Of a stretch of 64,000 nt of DNA, positions 38,525 through 48,476 are shown piece by piece (within the stretch, counting starts at the first letter, position 1; every line of letters starts with the position of its first letter). Under the pieces are notes generated by a model. The model made no database searches. It was not told where the DNA came from and saw only the letters and a list, made by a program, of their open reading frames with translations. A program made the translations under genes and the position numbers. The stretch is from Negativicutes bacterium (GTDB lineage: Bacteria; Bacillota; Negativicutes; JAAYSF01). Location of the stretch: contig JAQWAQ010000004.1 in the NCBI GenBank assembly GCA_028707635.1, forward strand, positions 2,548 to 66,547, read 5' to 3'.

Positions 38525-39751
38525 CTATGATTGATGCATGATTTTTTTTGCGCTCGGAAAAGGCGCAAGTGCCCGGTCTAGGACATCATTTAAATACGCA
38601 ATGAGTATACCGTAGTTAACAATAGGAACACCCTTTTGCCGGACAACACTCAACCGATATAGCATTTCTCGCCGCGTTATCATACATGCTCCGCAATGAA
38701 TGACAAGTTTGTAATCACAGATATTATCTGGAAACTGCCCCCCTGCGACCCAAGAATAAGCTAACTCGCCACCAACCGCCTTATTTAACCAGCGAGGAAT
38801 CTTCACACTGCCAATATCATCCTCTTGACGATGATGGGTGCATGCCTCAGCAATTAGAACTTTATCACCCGGTTTCAACTTCTCAATCGCCTTCGCACCA
38901 CTTACAAACGTTTCTAAATTTCCTTTGTGGCGAGCAAACAGTACTGAAAACGATGTCATAGCAATACCCACTGGTGTTGTCTTATCCACCTTATCAAAAA
39001 CCTGCGAATCAGTTACAACTAATTTAGGTGGTTTTCGGAGCATTGTCAAGCATTCGGTTAGCTGATTTTCTTTAATAGTAAGACCGCAGCCATCATGATC
39101 AAGGATATCGCGCAGCGTCTGCACCTGCGGCAGTATCAATCGTCCCTTAGGTGCGGCCGAGTCAATGGGCACAACAAGAACAACAGTGTCCCCCGGTACA
39201 ATTAAGTCACCGATAATCGGCGGCCCCTCCCATTCGAGCGGCGTTTTTTCAATGATGCTGCTCTTCAGTTCTTCTATACCTTCTCCAGTTTTAGCGCTTA
39301 CCGGCAGAAACCTCACGCCAGTCGCTTGTTCGTACTTACTAGGATGAATTGTCCCGTTACTAACCAAATCTGCCTTATTAATTACTCCAACAATGGGAAT
39401 CTCACGCTTTGTTATATCTGCAATTAATTTATAATCGAATTCAGTAAGGCCTGATTCAACATCGATGACTAAGACTGCGATATCAGCTTTGTTTAAAACC
39501 TGACAGGTCTTTTCGACCCTCAGCAACCCTAATTCACCCACATCATCAATACCCGCTGTGTCTATAATCATAACCGGTCCAATCGGCAGAATCTCCATAG
39601 CCTTTGTGACCGGATCTGTTGTTGTTCCCGGAACGGGCGATACCAGGGCAACATCTTGGTTTGTCAGGGTGTTAATGAGGCTTGATTTTCCGGCATTACG
39701 CCGACCAAAGATCGCTATATGCAGTCGTGAGCCTTTTGGTGTGCCTTGCAT
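38525..39751 (-). CDS. hydF: [FeFe]-hydrogenase H-cluster maturation GTPase HydF
   Basis: N-terminal GTPase (IAIFGRRNAGKSSLINTL, DTAG) and C-terminal HydF dimerisation/cluster-binding domains with the CxHx(n)HC Fe-S motif (EACTHHRQ...HCGACM). Confidence 0.8.
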   Translation of the reverse strand: MQGTPKGSRLHIAIFGRRNAGKSSLINTLTNQDVALVSPVPGTTTDPVTKAMEILPIGPVMIIDTAGIDDVGELGLLRVEKTCQVLNKADIAVLVIDVESGLTEFDYKLIADITKREIPIVGVINKADLVSNGTIHPSKYEQATGVRFLPVSAKTGEGIEELKSSIIEKTPLEWEGPPIIGDLIVPGDTVVLVVPIDSAAPKGRLILPQVQTLRDILDHDGCGLTIKENQLTECLTMLRKPPKLVVTDSQVFDKVDKTTPVGIAMTSFSVLFARHKGNLETFVSGAKAIEKLKPGDKVLIAEACTHHRQEDDIGSVKIPRWLNKAVGGELAYSWVAGGQFPDNICDYKLVIHCGACMITRREMLYRLSVVRQKGVPIVNYGILIAYLNDVLDRALAPFPSAKKIMHQS

Positions 39752-39770
39752 AAACAGCCTCCTCCATCTA

Positions 39771-39808
39771 AAAAGTTATTATGTTTCACGTGAAACATAA
39801 TAACTTTT
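39771..39808. promoter_or_regulatory. Perfect 38-nt palindrome (19+19) centred on CACGTG, abutting the hydF RBS; a bidirectional terminator or operator
   Basis: AAAAGTTATTATGTTTCAC|GTGAAACATAATAACTTTT flanked by A4 and T5. It ends 5 nt before the hydF RBS GGAGGAGG. Confidence 0.5.
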
Positions 39809-39823
39809 AATCAACCATGATAT

Positions 39824-39931
39824 ATAAAGCGAGACTAGATTCAGGTTGAGTTTTAATTCCACCTGAACCCTAGCTGAACCGTATCTAGGGACCGCTCTTC
39901 ACTTGTAGAAGAAGATCACCTAAGTCATCGG
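39824..39931 (+). repeat. Copy C of the structured intergenic repeat
   Basis: ATAAAGCGAGACTAGATTCAGGTTGAGTTTTAATTCCACCTGAACCCTAGCTGAACCGTATCTAGGGACCGCTCTTCACTTGTAGAAGAAGATCACCTAAGTCATCGG, abutting the spo0J stop codon. Confidence 0.65.
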
Positions 39932-39936
39932 ATAAA

Positions 39937-40845
39937 TTAAACCGTAAATATTCCTCGCGATTGGGTTGCTGCAGCCATTTGCTGCGCCGTAAGAACTTCA
40001 ATAATGCGATCGAGGTCGTCGCTAGAACGAAATTCAATTTCAATTTTACTTTTAAGTTTACCGGGCTTAATTTTAACCTTAGTACCAAGCAGTAATTTAA
40101 GTCGGTCTTCAGCTTCGACTAAGAAGATTTCCTGTTCATCTGTCGGTTGCTGTTGCTGGCGTTGCTGCCGTGGTTTAGCCGCTAAGCGGCGCACAAGTTC
40201 CTCTGCATCGCGAGCGGATAAATCCTCTTCAATAATATGTTCTGCCGCTTCAATTTGTCGCTCAGCCGATTCTAATGCCAATAAAGGTTTAGCTTGTCCC
40301 ATAGACAATGTTCCACGTGAAACATGTACCTGGACCGACTCCGGCAAGTTTAAAAGACGAATTGTATTTGCGATAAGCGACCGACTGCGGCCAATTTTAT
40401 GAGCTACCTCTTCCTGAGTAAGACCGAACCTTTCCATTAAACTACGAAACGCTAAAGCCTCTTCCACTGGATTTAAATCCTGACGCTGTAAATTTTCGAT
40501 CAGCGCTATTTCCGTCATTTCACCATCAGTATAGTCCCGAACAACAGCAGGAATGTCTTTCAGGCCAGCAGCCTTCGATGCCCGCCACCGTCGTTCCCCG
40601 GCAACCAATTCATAGCCAGTGAGCGTTTTTCGTACAACAACAGGTTGAATAACACCATATTGTTTGACAGATTGAATCAGCTCGGCCATGACTTCATCAT
40701 CAAAATCCCGTCGCGGCTGAAACGGATTAGGTCGGATATCCTTGACCGCTACCTCATTAATTTTTTTTGTATCGTTGGCATCGGTGCCTGGCAGCAGCGA
40801 CTCCAAGCCACGGCCTAACCCACGAGCTTGCTTATTCATCACCAA
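39937..40845 (-). CDS. parB: Chromosome partitioning protein ParB (Spo0J)
   Basis: ParB box motifs (GERRWRA, IALIENLQR), an HTH, and synteny with parA (soj) upstream. Confidence 0.9.
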   Translation of the reverse strand: MVMNKQARGLGRGLESLLPGTDANDTKKINEVAVKDIRPNPFQPRRDFDDEVMAELIQSVKQYGVIQPVVVRKTLTGYELVAGERRWRASKAAGLKDIPAVVRDYTDGEMTEIALIENLQRQDLNPVEEALAFRSLMERFGLTQEEVAHKIGRSRSLIANTIRLLNLPESVQVHVSRGTLSMGQAKPLLALESAERQIEAAEHIIEEDLSARDAEELVRRLAAKPRQQRQQQQPTDEQEIFLVEAEDRLKLLLGTKVKIKPGKLKSKIEIEFRSSDDLDRIIEVLTAQQMAAATQSRGIFTV

Positions 40846-41593
40846 TCACCTCTTTGGCCAATTCAAAATATACCTCGGCTCCCTTTGATTTTGGATCATA
40901 CTGGATTACAGGCTTCCCATGACTTGGGGCCTCACTCAGGCGGACATTACGAGGAATAATGGTTTGGTATACCTTATGACGAAAGTGATTCTTAACCTCA
41001 TCGACCACTTGAATGGAAAGATTTGTCCGCGCATCAAACATTGTCAGCACAACACCCTCCAACGTAAGAGCCGGATTCAGATTACGCTGTACAAGTGTGA
41101 CGGTCTTCATTAATTGCGAAAGTCCCTCAAGTGCATAAAATTCACACTGAATGGGAACCAATACCGAATTGGCAGCCGTTAATGAGTTAATTGTAAGCAA
41201 TCCAAGTGACGGAGGGCAATCAATAATCACATAATCATAATCATACTTAATTTTGTCTAAAACCTTCTTGAGTCTTGTTTCACGAGACATCATAGATACC
41301 AGTTCGATTTCCGATCCAGCGAGCTGAATAGTCGCTGGCAGAAGATCAAGATTTTCAACCTGGGTTTTTAATTTAATCGACTCCATTGAAACATCATTCA
41401 CAAGAGCATCATAAACACAATGCTTAACATTGGCCTTATTGATACCTAATCCACTTGTCGAATTACCCTGCGGGTCTAAATCGAGTAATAGCACCTTCTT
41501 CCCCAGTGCAGCCAGACAAGCACTTAAATTAACTGATGTAGTAGTCTTACCCACACCACCTTTTTGATTCGCAATCGCAATTACCTTAACCAA
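40832..41593 (-). CDS. parA: Chromosome partitioning ATPase ParA (Soj)
   Basis: Deviant Walker A KGGVGKTT. Start assigned to the TTG giving MVKVIAIANQKGG, with RBS GAGGTGGA. The ORF extends to 41623. Confidence 0.85.
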   Translation of the reverse strand: MVKVIAIANQKGGVGKTTTSVNLSACLAALGKKVLLLDLDPQGNSTSGLGINKANVKHCVYDALVNDVSMESIKLKTQVENLDLLPATIQLAGSEIELVSMMSRETRLKKVLDKIKYDYDYVIIDCPPSLGLLTINSLTAANSVLVPIQCEFYALEGLSQLMKTVTLVQRNLNPALTLEGVVLTMFDARTNLSIQVVDEVKNHFRHKVYQTIIPRNVRLSEAPSHGKPVIQYDPKSKGAEVYFELAKEVIGDE

Positions 41594-41753
41594 AACTTCC
41601 ACCTCTATCTCAAAAGCTAACATATTTCATTCCACGTTTGCCATAAATTATCCTGCCAATTTTTATCTGTCATCCGCCCATAATATTTATATGGTTGTAA
41701 TATCTTGTTGAAATAGATATAATTTAGCTATATTTTTGCAGAGGTGACCTTAT

Positions 41754-42449
41754 TTGCCAATTTATTATCCAATTTTAACTCATATAGATATTGAGGAAAC
41801 AAGGCGTTATGCTGGAATTGCTAAAACACCCAACTTTAAAACCAGTATGCTGCAAAAAGTCTGTACAGAGGCTCAAATACTGGTCAGCCCTGCCGCATCT
41901 TGGTCAATTTATCCCTATGATGCGTTAACAGGCGAAATTTTAGCAAATGTTCCCTTACAACTGAGCGCCAAGAGTATCACTAAACATTTGGCTAATGCGA
42001 CCCAAGTTGCCGTTCTGGCCGTAACCATTGGGGAAACAATTGAACAAGCCATAACTGACAGTTTTGCGCAAGGGCGCTATACCGAGGCTTTACTACTTGA
42101 TGCAGCCGCCACAACAGCAGTAGAAGCTGCCGCCGATCAAGTCAATGCCTTGATAAACCAGCAGGCCCTCCAAGTCGGCCTTGCCTCAGTCTTCCGGTTT
42201 AGCCCCGGTTATGGCAACTGGGATCTTGTCATTCAACCTGAAATTCTCAAGTTAGCCCAAGGCTCTTCCATAGGAATAACTACAACCCCTAGCTGTATGT
42301 TGATGCCGCGTAAATCGGTTACAGCTGTAATTGGGCTTGTACCAAATCACTCGCAAACAAACTTACAGCACAGTAATAACAGCTGCACTAACTGCTGCCA
42401 AACAACTTGCCATGCCAGAAAGGAGTCAAAAAATGATCCAAATATTTGA
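41754..42449 (+). CDS. Stand-alone methionine synthase activation (AdoMet-binding reactivation) domain protein
   Basis: 231 aa resembling the MetH C-terminal activation domain, encoded separately just upstream of a MetH that lacks this domain. TTG start after RBS AGAGGTGA. Confidence 0.6.
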   Translation: MPIYYPILTHIDIEETRRYAGIAKTPNFKTSMLQKVCTEAQILVSPAASWSIYPYDALTGEILANVPLQLSAKSITKHLANATQVAVLAVTIGETIEQAITDSFAQGRYTEALLLDAAATTAVEAAADQVNALINQQALQVGLASVFRFSPGYGNWDLVIQPEILKLAQGSSIGITTTPSCMLMPRKSVTAVIGLVPNHSQTNLQHSNNSCTNCCQTTCHARKESKNDPNI

Positions 42450-44829
42450 TGGTGCCATGGGTACAATGCTCCAACAAGCCGGCCTCCCCGCAGGAGCTTG
42501 TCCTGAACTTTGGAATATAGAAAACCCCGCTGCTATTACATCCATCCATCGCCAATATGTCGAACATGGTGCTAATATTATTGAAACAAATACCTTTGGC
42601 GCCAACCGGATTAAATTAACCCACTACGGTTTGAGCGACAAAGTCCAGTTGTTAAATATGGCTGCAGTAAAGGCAGCCCGCGCAGCAGCTGGTCGCGCAA
42701 CAAAAATAGCCGGTTCGGTGGGACCAACCGGAAAGTTTATCGCCCCATTGGGCGAACTCTCCTTTGAGGAAGCCTATGAAGCTTATAAGGAACAAATAGC
42801 GGCCTTATGTGAATCCGGTGTTGATATTATCCTCATTGAAACAATTATTGATATTCAAGAAATGCGCGCTGCCCTTCTGGCGGCTAAAGCAGTAACAACC
42901 AAACCAGTAATCTGCCAATTGTCATTTGGGGCTGATGGCCGGACAGTAACGGGAACAGACCCGGCAACCGCTGCCATCTTACTTGATGCCATGGGGGCTG
43001 ACATAATCGGAGCCAACTGTTCACTAGGTCCAGCACAGCTATTGCCAATTGCCGAGGCCCTCGCTACAGCCACAACCAAACCAATTAGCATCCAATCCAA
43101 TGCCGGCATGCCACAGCTGATTAACGGCCAAACAGTATTCCCCATGAATCCCGCTGAGATGGCTGCTTGGGTACCAAAACTCATTGCAGCTGGAGTTACT
43201 TACCTCGGCGGCTGCTGCGGCACTACGCCTGAACATATCAAAGCCATTTCCCAAGCAGCTGCAGACGCAGTTAAGCCTACATTAAGATTAAATTTACATA
43301 ACAAGTCTACTGCTGTCACCAGTCGAAGTAAAACAGTCTATATGGGTGCTGCTTTACCAACAGTAATCATCGGTGAACGAATCAACCCAACCGGCCGCAA
43401 ACAGCTATCAGCTGATATAAAAGCTGGGAATTTTTCTTCAGTAAAAAAAGAAGCCCTGCAGCAAATCCGGGCTGGAGCTCATATTCTTGATGTTAACATG
43501 GGCGTACCAGGAATTGACCAGGCTGCCGCAATGGAGCAAGCCGTAAATGAATTATCCATGCTTGTCGACGCTCCTTTGTCCATAGATACTAGCGATGTCA
43601 AGGCTTTAGAGGCCGGTCTTCGTATCTATCCCGGACGAGCCTTAATTAATTCAGTCACTGCTGAACCAGAACGACTAGAACATTTTCTGCCGCTTGCTAA
43701 AAAATACGGGGCAGCCATTCTCTGCCTGCCCCTCTCTGACAGCGGTGTACCGGCGACAGCGAGTGAGCGTGTTATTGTAGCACGCCAGATTATCCACCGT
43801 GCTATGGCTATTGGCCTGCGACCACAGGACTTTATCCTCGATGCGCTGGTCCTCACCGTAGCTGCCGATGAACGAGCTGCTGCCGAAACCTTAGAAACAC
43901 TCCGCCTTTATCGCAAGAACTTCGGCTATCCAACAACAATGGGCTTAAGCAATATTTCTTTTGGCCTACCCCGCCGCGAATTAATCAACGCAGCGTTTTG
44001 CGCGATGTCCCTTTCAGCCGGCCTTGATGCACCAATTCTAAACCCCTATAATCCTATGATGCAGGATGCCCTATCCGCTTCCTCAGTCCTGCTTGGACAT
44101 GACCAAAGCGGTCGACGCTACAGTAAAGACTACGCGGCCAGCCAAGCAGCACCGTCTGCCGATAAACCTACCGCCATTCAGCCAGGCGATACGATTGCTG
44201 CCATCCGGCAATCCGTCATTGATGGCGAAAAAGAAAGCATCATCCCCCTTGTACGTCAGGCACTTGCCGAAGGACATAGCTCATTAACGATTACAGATCA
44301 GGGTTTAACGGCTGCAATGAATGTAATCGGTGAAGACTTTGGTGCCAACCGCTGTTTTTTGCCGCAAGTTCTGTTATCAGCCGAAACCATGCGAGCTGCC
44401 TTTACAACAATCAAAGAAACCCTGCCTTCAGCGCAGGCAGTAATTGCCGGTACCGTTGTGCTTGCCACCGTAAAAGGCGATATACATGATCTTGGAAAAA
44501 ACATTGTTGCCGCACTGTTAGAGAACAATGGCTTTCAGGTAATTGACCTTGGCAAAGACGTTGCTTCAGAGGTCATTGTCGAGACTGCTCAGCAACACCA
44601 AGCCGATATCGTCGGACTCTGCGCTCTGATGACGACAACCATGCCACAGATTGATCAGACAATCAAACTGCTTAAATCCAGTGGTGTAAAAGCTCGTACA
44701 ATTGTCGGCGGAGCAGTGTTAACAGCGGATTACGCTGACCAGGCCGGTGCTGACGCCTACGCCCCCGATGGCGTAGCTGCCGTAAACCTGGCTAAGAAAC
44801 TCATGGCTAACGAAAAGGCTCTCCTTTAA
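42433..44829 (+). CDS. metH: Cobalamin-dependent methionine synthase MetH (short form: Hcy-binding, pterin-binding and B12-binding domains)
   Basis: Hcy S-methyltransferase domain with the zinc-ligand region GGCCGTTPEHI. A pterin-binding domain. B12-binding cap plus Rossmann domain with the DxHxxG motif (GDIHDLGKN). Start at MIQIFDG, with RBS AGGAG. Confidence 0.9.
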   Translation: MIQIFDGAMGTMLQQAGLPAGACPELWNIENPAAITSIHRQYVEHGANIIETNTFGANRIKLTHYGLSDKVQLLNMAAVKAARAAAGRATKIAGSVGPTGKFIAPLGELSFEEAYEAYKEQIAALCESGVDIILIETIIDIQEMRAALLAAKAVTTKPVICQLSFGADGRTVTGTDPATAAILLDAMGADIIGANCSLGPAQLLPIAEALATATTKPISIQSNAGMPQLINGQTVFPMNPAEMAAWVPKLIAAGVTYLGGCCGTTPEHIKAISQAAADAVKPTLRLNLHNKSTAVTSRSKTVYMGAALPTVIIGERINPTGRKQLSADIKAGNFSSVKKEALQQIRAGAHILDVNMGVPGIDQAAAMEQAVNELSMLVDAPLSIDTSDVKALEAGLRIYPGRALINSVTAEPERLEHFLPLAKKYGAAILCLPLSDSGVPATASERVIVARQIIHRAMAIGLRPQDFILDALVLTVAADERAAAETLETLRLYRKNFGYPTTMGLSNISFGLPRRELINAAFCAMSLSAGLDAPILNPYNPMMQDALSASSVLLGHDQSGRRYSKDYAASQAAPSADKPTAIQPGDTIAAIRQSVIDGEKESIIPLVRQALAEGHSSLTITDQGLTAAMNVIGEDFGANRCFLPQVLLSAETMRAAFTTIKETLPSAQAVIAGTVVLATVKGDIHDLGKNIVAALLENNGFQVIDLGKDVASEVIVETAQQHQADIVGLCALMTTTMPQIDQTIKLLKSSGVKARTIVGGAVLTADYADQAGADAYAPDGVAAVNLAKKLMANEKALL

Positions 44830-44846
44830 AGGAGAGCCTTTTTTAG
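44815..44846. terminator. Convergent bidirectional terminator between metH and noc
   Basis: GGCTCTCCTTTAAAGGAGAGCC followed by TTTTTT. The metH stop codon lies in the loop. Confidence 0.65.
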
Positions 44847-45766
44847 CGTCGTTTCGGAATACGTAAATTTATTGTAATGTAGTCATCATCCTGGTCTTGT
44901 TTTATCTTTATCTTAAGCCCTGTCTTCTTCATTTCACCAACGACTTTATTAATACTATTAAGGAAGATCCGCACATCTTTAATAATCTTAACAACATTAC
45001 GTTTTGGATTGTCTTTTTTTGTCATTTCCCGGGAAATATCAGCAAGAACTTCTTCAATCAATCCTTCTGTTTCTCGAACATTGAGTTTTTTCTCCCGAAC
45101 CTCATTCAATATCTGCATCTGAATCTGCAGATCATTCAGCTTCAATAGCGCCCGGGCATGACGCTCAGTAAGGCTTTCGTCAACAATAATCTTCCGTATA
45201 CTACTATCAAGTTTAAGCAACCGCAATTTATTAGCAATTGTTGACTGCGTCTTCCCCACCCGTTTCGCCAACACGTCTTGCGTAAAACCAAAACTATTTA
45301 ATAACGCCTGATAGCCTTCCGCTTCTTCCAGATAATGCAAATCCTCGCGCTGAAGATTTTCAATCATAGCTAATTCGGCCATTTCCTGATCATTTAATTC
45401 TTTTAAAATCACTGGCACATGAGTTAAACCAGCCAGTCGCGAAGCCCGTAATCTCCGTTCACCAGCAATCAGTTCAAGCCCCGACTCCGTTTTACGGACA
45501 AGCAAAGGCTGAATAACGCCAAATTCTGTGATGGATGCCGCCAGTTCTTTAAGCGAATCCTCGTTAAAAGTTTTACGAGGCTGAAAAGGATTTGGTACAA
45601 TATTATCAACATTAACCTGCCGAACCTCATTGAGACTAATTATATCAACTTCTGACGTTTCACTATCGCCAGTGTTCTCCGTATGTTCAGGACGAGTATC
45701 ATCAGCCGGATTGTTTTCTTCAGATTTACCTTCGGGAAAACCAAATAATCTGGCCAGATTTTTCAT
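44843..45766 (-). CDS. noc: Nucleoid occlusion protein Noc (ParB paralogue)
   Basis: ParB-like N-terminal domain (GERRLRA) plus HTH, located between rsmG and soj as in Bacillus. Confidence 0.8.
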   Translation of the reverse strand: MKNLARLFGFPEGKSEENNPADDTRPEHTENTGDSETSEVDIISLNEVRQVNVDNIVPNPFQPRKTFNEDSLKELAASITEFGVIQPLLVRKTESGLELIAGERRLRASRLAGLTHVPVILKELNDQEMAELAMIENLQREDLHYLEEAEGYQALLNSFGFTQDVLAKRVGKTQSTIANKLRLLKLDSSIRKIIVDESLTERHARALLKLNDLQIQMQILNEVREKKLNVRETEGLIEEVLADISREMTKKDNPKRNVVKIIKDVRIFLNSINKVVGEMKKTGLKIKIKQDQDDDYITINLRIPKRR

Positions 45767-45878
45767 CTGTACACCGCCTTACATTTAAAATACCATCATA
45801 CCATCAAAATAAACATTACGCTCTTATTAAACTACTCTATTCGGCATACAGCTGGCAAAATCCTCCAACTTTTTCCAA

Positions 45879-46595
45879 TCATAACGGCTTTTTTTCCGGA
45901 AGTCCAGAGCGGCGCGGATATTGGGAAGGAGTTGCTTTTACCTTTTTTATGTAGACTACAGCTCTCCTGTCCTCAAGGCCGGGTAATCTTATCTCCCTGA
46001 CATCTACTATGTCGCCCCCAAGTATTTTAACTGCCAGCTTGGCCTCACTTACCTCTTCCTGAAATTTCGCCCCCTTCATGGCAACGAAAAAGCCCCCTGT
46101 TTTGACTAAAGGCAAGCAATACTCACATAGAATATTTAATCTTGCTACGGCTCGCGACACAGCAACGTCATGCTTATCCCTAAGTCCCTTAGACTGTCCG
46201 GCATCCTCTGCCCGGCTATGCGTGAGAATAACATCTTTTAAATGCAGTTGATTCACAACTTCCTGAAGAAAGGTTAACCGTTTATTCAGCGAATCTAATA
46301 AGGTTAAATTAATATCCGGACGGACAATCTTTAATGGTAAACCGGGAAATCCGGCTCCTGTTCCGACATCAATGACACTGCAGCCTGCGGGAAAATAGAC
46401 CTGATCAAGGCAAGTCAGTGAATCGATCATATGTTTAACTGCAACTTCCTCCGGTTGGGTAATTGCTGTTAAATTAATCTTTTCATTCCACTCAATGAGC
46501 AGGCGGTAATAGCAATCAAAAGCAGCATACTGCTCCTGATTGAAGCTCAGCTTATAACCCTCTGCCGCTTTGGCAATCGCCTCGATAAAAGTCAC
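45879..46595 (-). CDS. rsmG: 16S rRNA (guanine527-N7)-methyltransferase RsmG (GidB)
   Basis: SAM-dependent methyltransferase motif ([14 protein letters not shown]) and mnmG-rsmG synteny. Confidence 0.9.
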   Translation of the reverse strand: MTFIEAIAKAAEGYKLSFNQEQYAAFDCYYRLLIEWNEKINLTAITQPEEVAVKHMIDSLTCLDQVYFPAGCSVIDVGTGAGFPGLPLKIVRPDINLTLLDSLNKRLTFLQEVVNQLHLKDVILTHSRAEDAGQSKGLRDKHDVAVSRAVARLNILCEYCLPLVKTGGFFVAMKGAKFQEEVSEAKLAVKILGGDIVDVREIRLPGLEDRRAVVYIKKVKATPSQYPRRSGLPEKKPL

Positions 46596-48463
46596 ACTTG
46601 CTCCCCCTTGCGTCTTTGCTGTTCAAGATAGATCAACAAAATGGAAACGTCGGCTGGCGAAACACCAGAAATCCGCCCAGCCTGCCCGACCGAAAGCGGG
46701 CGAAGCTTTGAAAGCTTTTCCTTGGACTCAAGAGTTAAACTCGGAATATCATGGTAATCAATATCATCAGGTATTTGTTTTTGTTCAAGTTTGCTCGCCC
46801 GCTCGACCTGCTCAATCTGCTTTTTTATATAGCCTTCATATTTTATCGCAATTTCCACTTGTTCACGCACAGCTGCAGGAATAACAGGCAAATCGAATTT
46901 CGCTTGCAGGCTTTCATACGACAACTCTGTTCGGCGCAAAAGATCATAAAGGGTTGTACCTGTTCGCAGCTCTGTGGACCCCATTGCTAGGATCTTTTCT
47001 TGTACTTCGGCCGTTGGCGAAACACTACTGCTTTTTAGCAACGCCAAAGTCTGTTCAATCGCTTGTTTTTTGTGCGTGAAAGAAACATACCGTTCATCTG
47101 ATACCAGAGCAATAGCCCGCCCTTTTTCAGTAAGTCGGAGATCGGCATTGTCCTGGCGTAAAATCAAGCGGTATTCGGCGCGTGATGTCATGATTCGGTA
47201 AGGTTCACGCGTGCCCTTGGTAACAAGGTCATCAATCAGAACACCAATATAAGCATCCGCCCGAGTTAATATGAACGGGCTTCCCCCTTTAATCAACAGG
47301 GCAGCATTGATACCAGCAATTAAACCTTGCGCTGCAGCCTCTTCATAGCCTGATGTTCCGTTTGATTGTCCGGCTGAAAATAGGCCTTGGATATCCTTAA
47401 ATTCAAGCGTTGGCTTCAGTTGAGTTGGATCAACACAATCATAATCAATTGCATAGCCTGGGCGCATAATCCGTACATTTTCCAGACCGGGAATTGTCCG
47501 TAGAAATTCATATTGAACATCGACCGGCAGGCTTGTTGACATACCCTGAACATACATTTCTTCAGTACCCATTCCTTCTGGCTCAAGGAACAATTGATGA
47601 GACGTCTTGTCAGCAAAACGTTCGACTTTGGCTTCGATTGACGGACAATAACGGGGACCAATTCCCTTGTATGTAGGCACACGATGCATATTATTACGAA
47701 TAATCTCGTGGGTTTTCTCATTCGTATAAGTAAGCCAGCAGGGCAGCTGCTCACGGGTAGCGACATTGCTCATAAAGGAGAAATTATGGACAGTATCATC
47801 ACCCGGTTGGATGATCATTTTTGAAAAATCAAGCGATCGCCTGTCTACACGAGCCGGTGTTCCTGTTTTAAATCTCATGATCGTTATGCCTAAGCTGCGC
47901 AGCGATGAAGTCAATTTTTCGGCATGGCGCTGGCCGTTCGGGCCCCCGTCATAAGTCACTTCACCAATAAAAACTTTGCCCCCAAGATACGTTCCGGTGG
48001 CGATAATGACGCAGGGTGCATAATACACCTCACCTGTTTCAATCTGCACACCTTTAACAGAACCGTCGGCCGAAACCAAAATCTCCTCAATGAGCAGCTG
48101 TTTTACATCAAGATTTGGCTGTGTTTCAACAACATGTTTCATATTAGCCTGATAATAATGTTTATCAGCCTGGGCCCTAAGGGCATGGACAGCAGGACCT
48201 TTCCCGGTATTTAACATTCGCATTTGAATACAAGTCTTGTCAGTATTTATGCCCATTTCGCCACCAAGAGCGTCTATTTCACGAACAAGATGGCCCTTGG
48301 CCGGTCCGCCTACGGCAGGATTACATGGCATCATCGCAATGTTGTCCATATTTAAAGTGGTCAAAAGCGTCCGGCAGCCAAGTCTTGCAGAAGCCAGGGC
48401 AGCCTCACAGCCGGCATGCCCGGCACCAACGACAATTACATCATAATGATCAACTACAAACAT
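46592..48463 (-). CDS. mnmG: tRNA uridine 5-carboxymethylaminomethyl modification enzyme MnmG (GidA)
   Basis: FAD-binding N-terminus [16 protein letters not shown]. 623 aa. Confidence 0.95.
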   Translation of the reverse strand: MFVVDHYDVIVVGAGHAGCEAALASARLGCRTLLTTLNMDNIAMMPCNPAVGGPAKGHLVREIDALGGEMGINTDKTCIQMRMLNTGKGPAVHALRAQADKHYYQANMKHVVETQPNLDVKQLLIEEILVSADGSVKGVQIETGEVYYAPCVIIATGTYLGGKVFIGEVTYDGGPNGQRHAEKLTSSLRSLGITIMRFKTGTPARVDRRSLDFSKMIIQPGDDTVHNFSFMSNVATREQLPCWLTYTNEKTHEIIRNNMHRVPTYKGIGPRYCPSIEAKVERFADKTSHQLFLEPEGMGTEEMYVQGMSTSLPVDVQYEFLRTIPGLENVRIMRPGYAIDYDCVDPTQLKPTLEFKDIQGLFSAGQSNGTSGYEEAAAQGLIAGINAALLIKGGSPFILTRADAYIGVLIDDLVTKGTREPYRIMTSRAEYRLILRQDNADLRLTEKGRAIALVSDERYVSFTHKKQAIEQTLALLKSSSVSPTAEVQEKILAMGSTELRTGTTLYDLLRRTELSYESLQAKFDLPVIPAAVREQVEIAIKYEGYIKKQIEQVERASKLEQKQIPDDIDYHDIPSLTLESKEKLSKLRPLSVGQAGRISGVSPADVSILLIYLEQQRRKGEQV

Positions 48464-48476
48464 GATCTTTCATCTC

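Noticed and set aside
41624-41753. Possible SAM-I riboswitch or T-box upstream of the methionine synthase genes
   Set aside because: No SAM-box core (no GGTGGAGGGA / ACC...GCC signatures), no T-box sequence and no terminator. It reads as a promoter region only.
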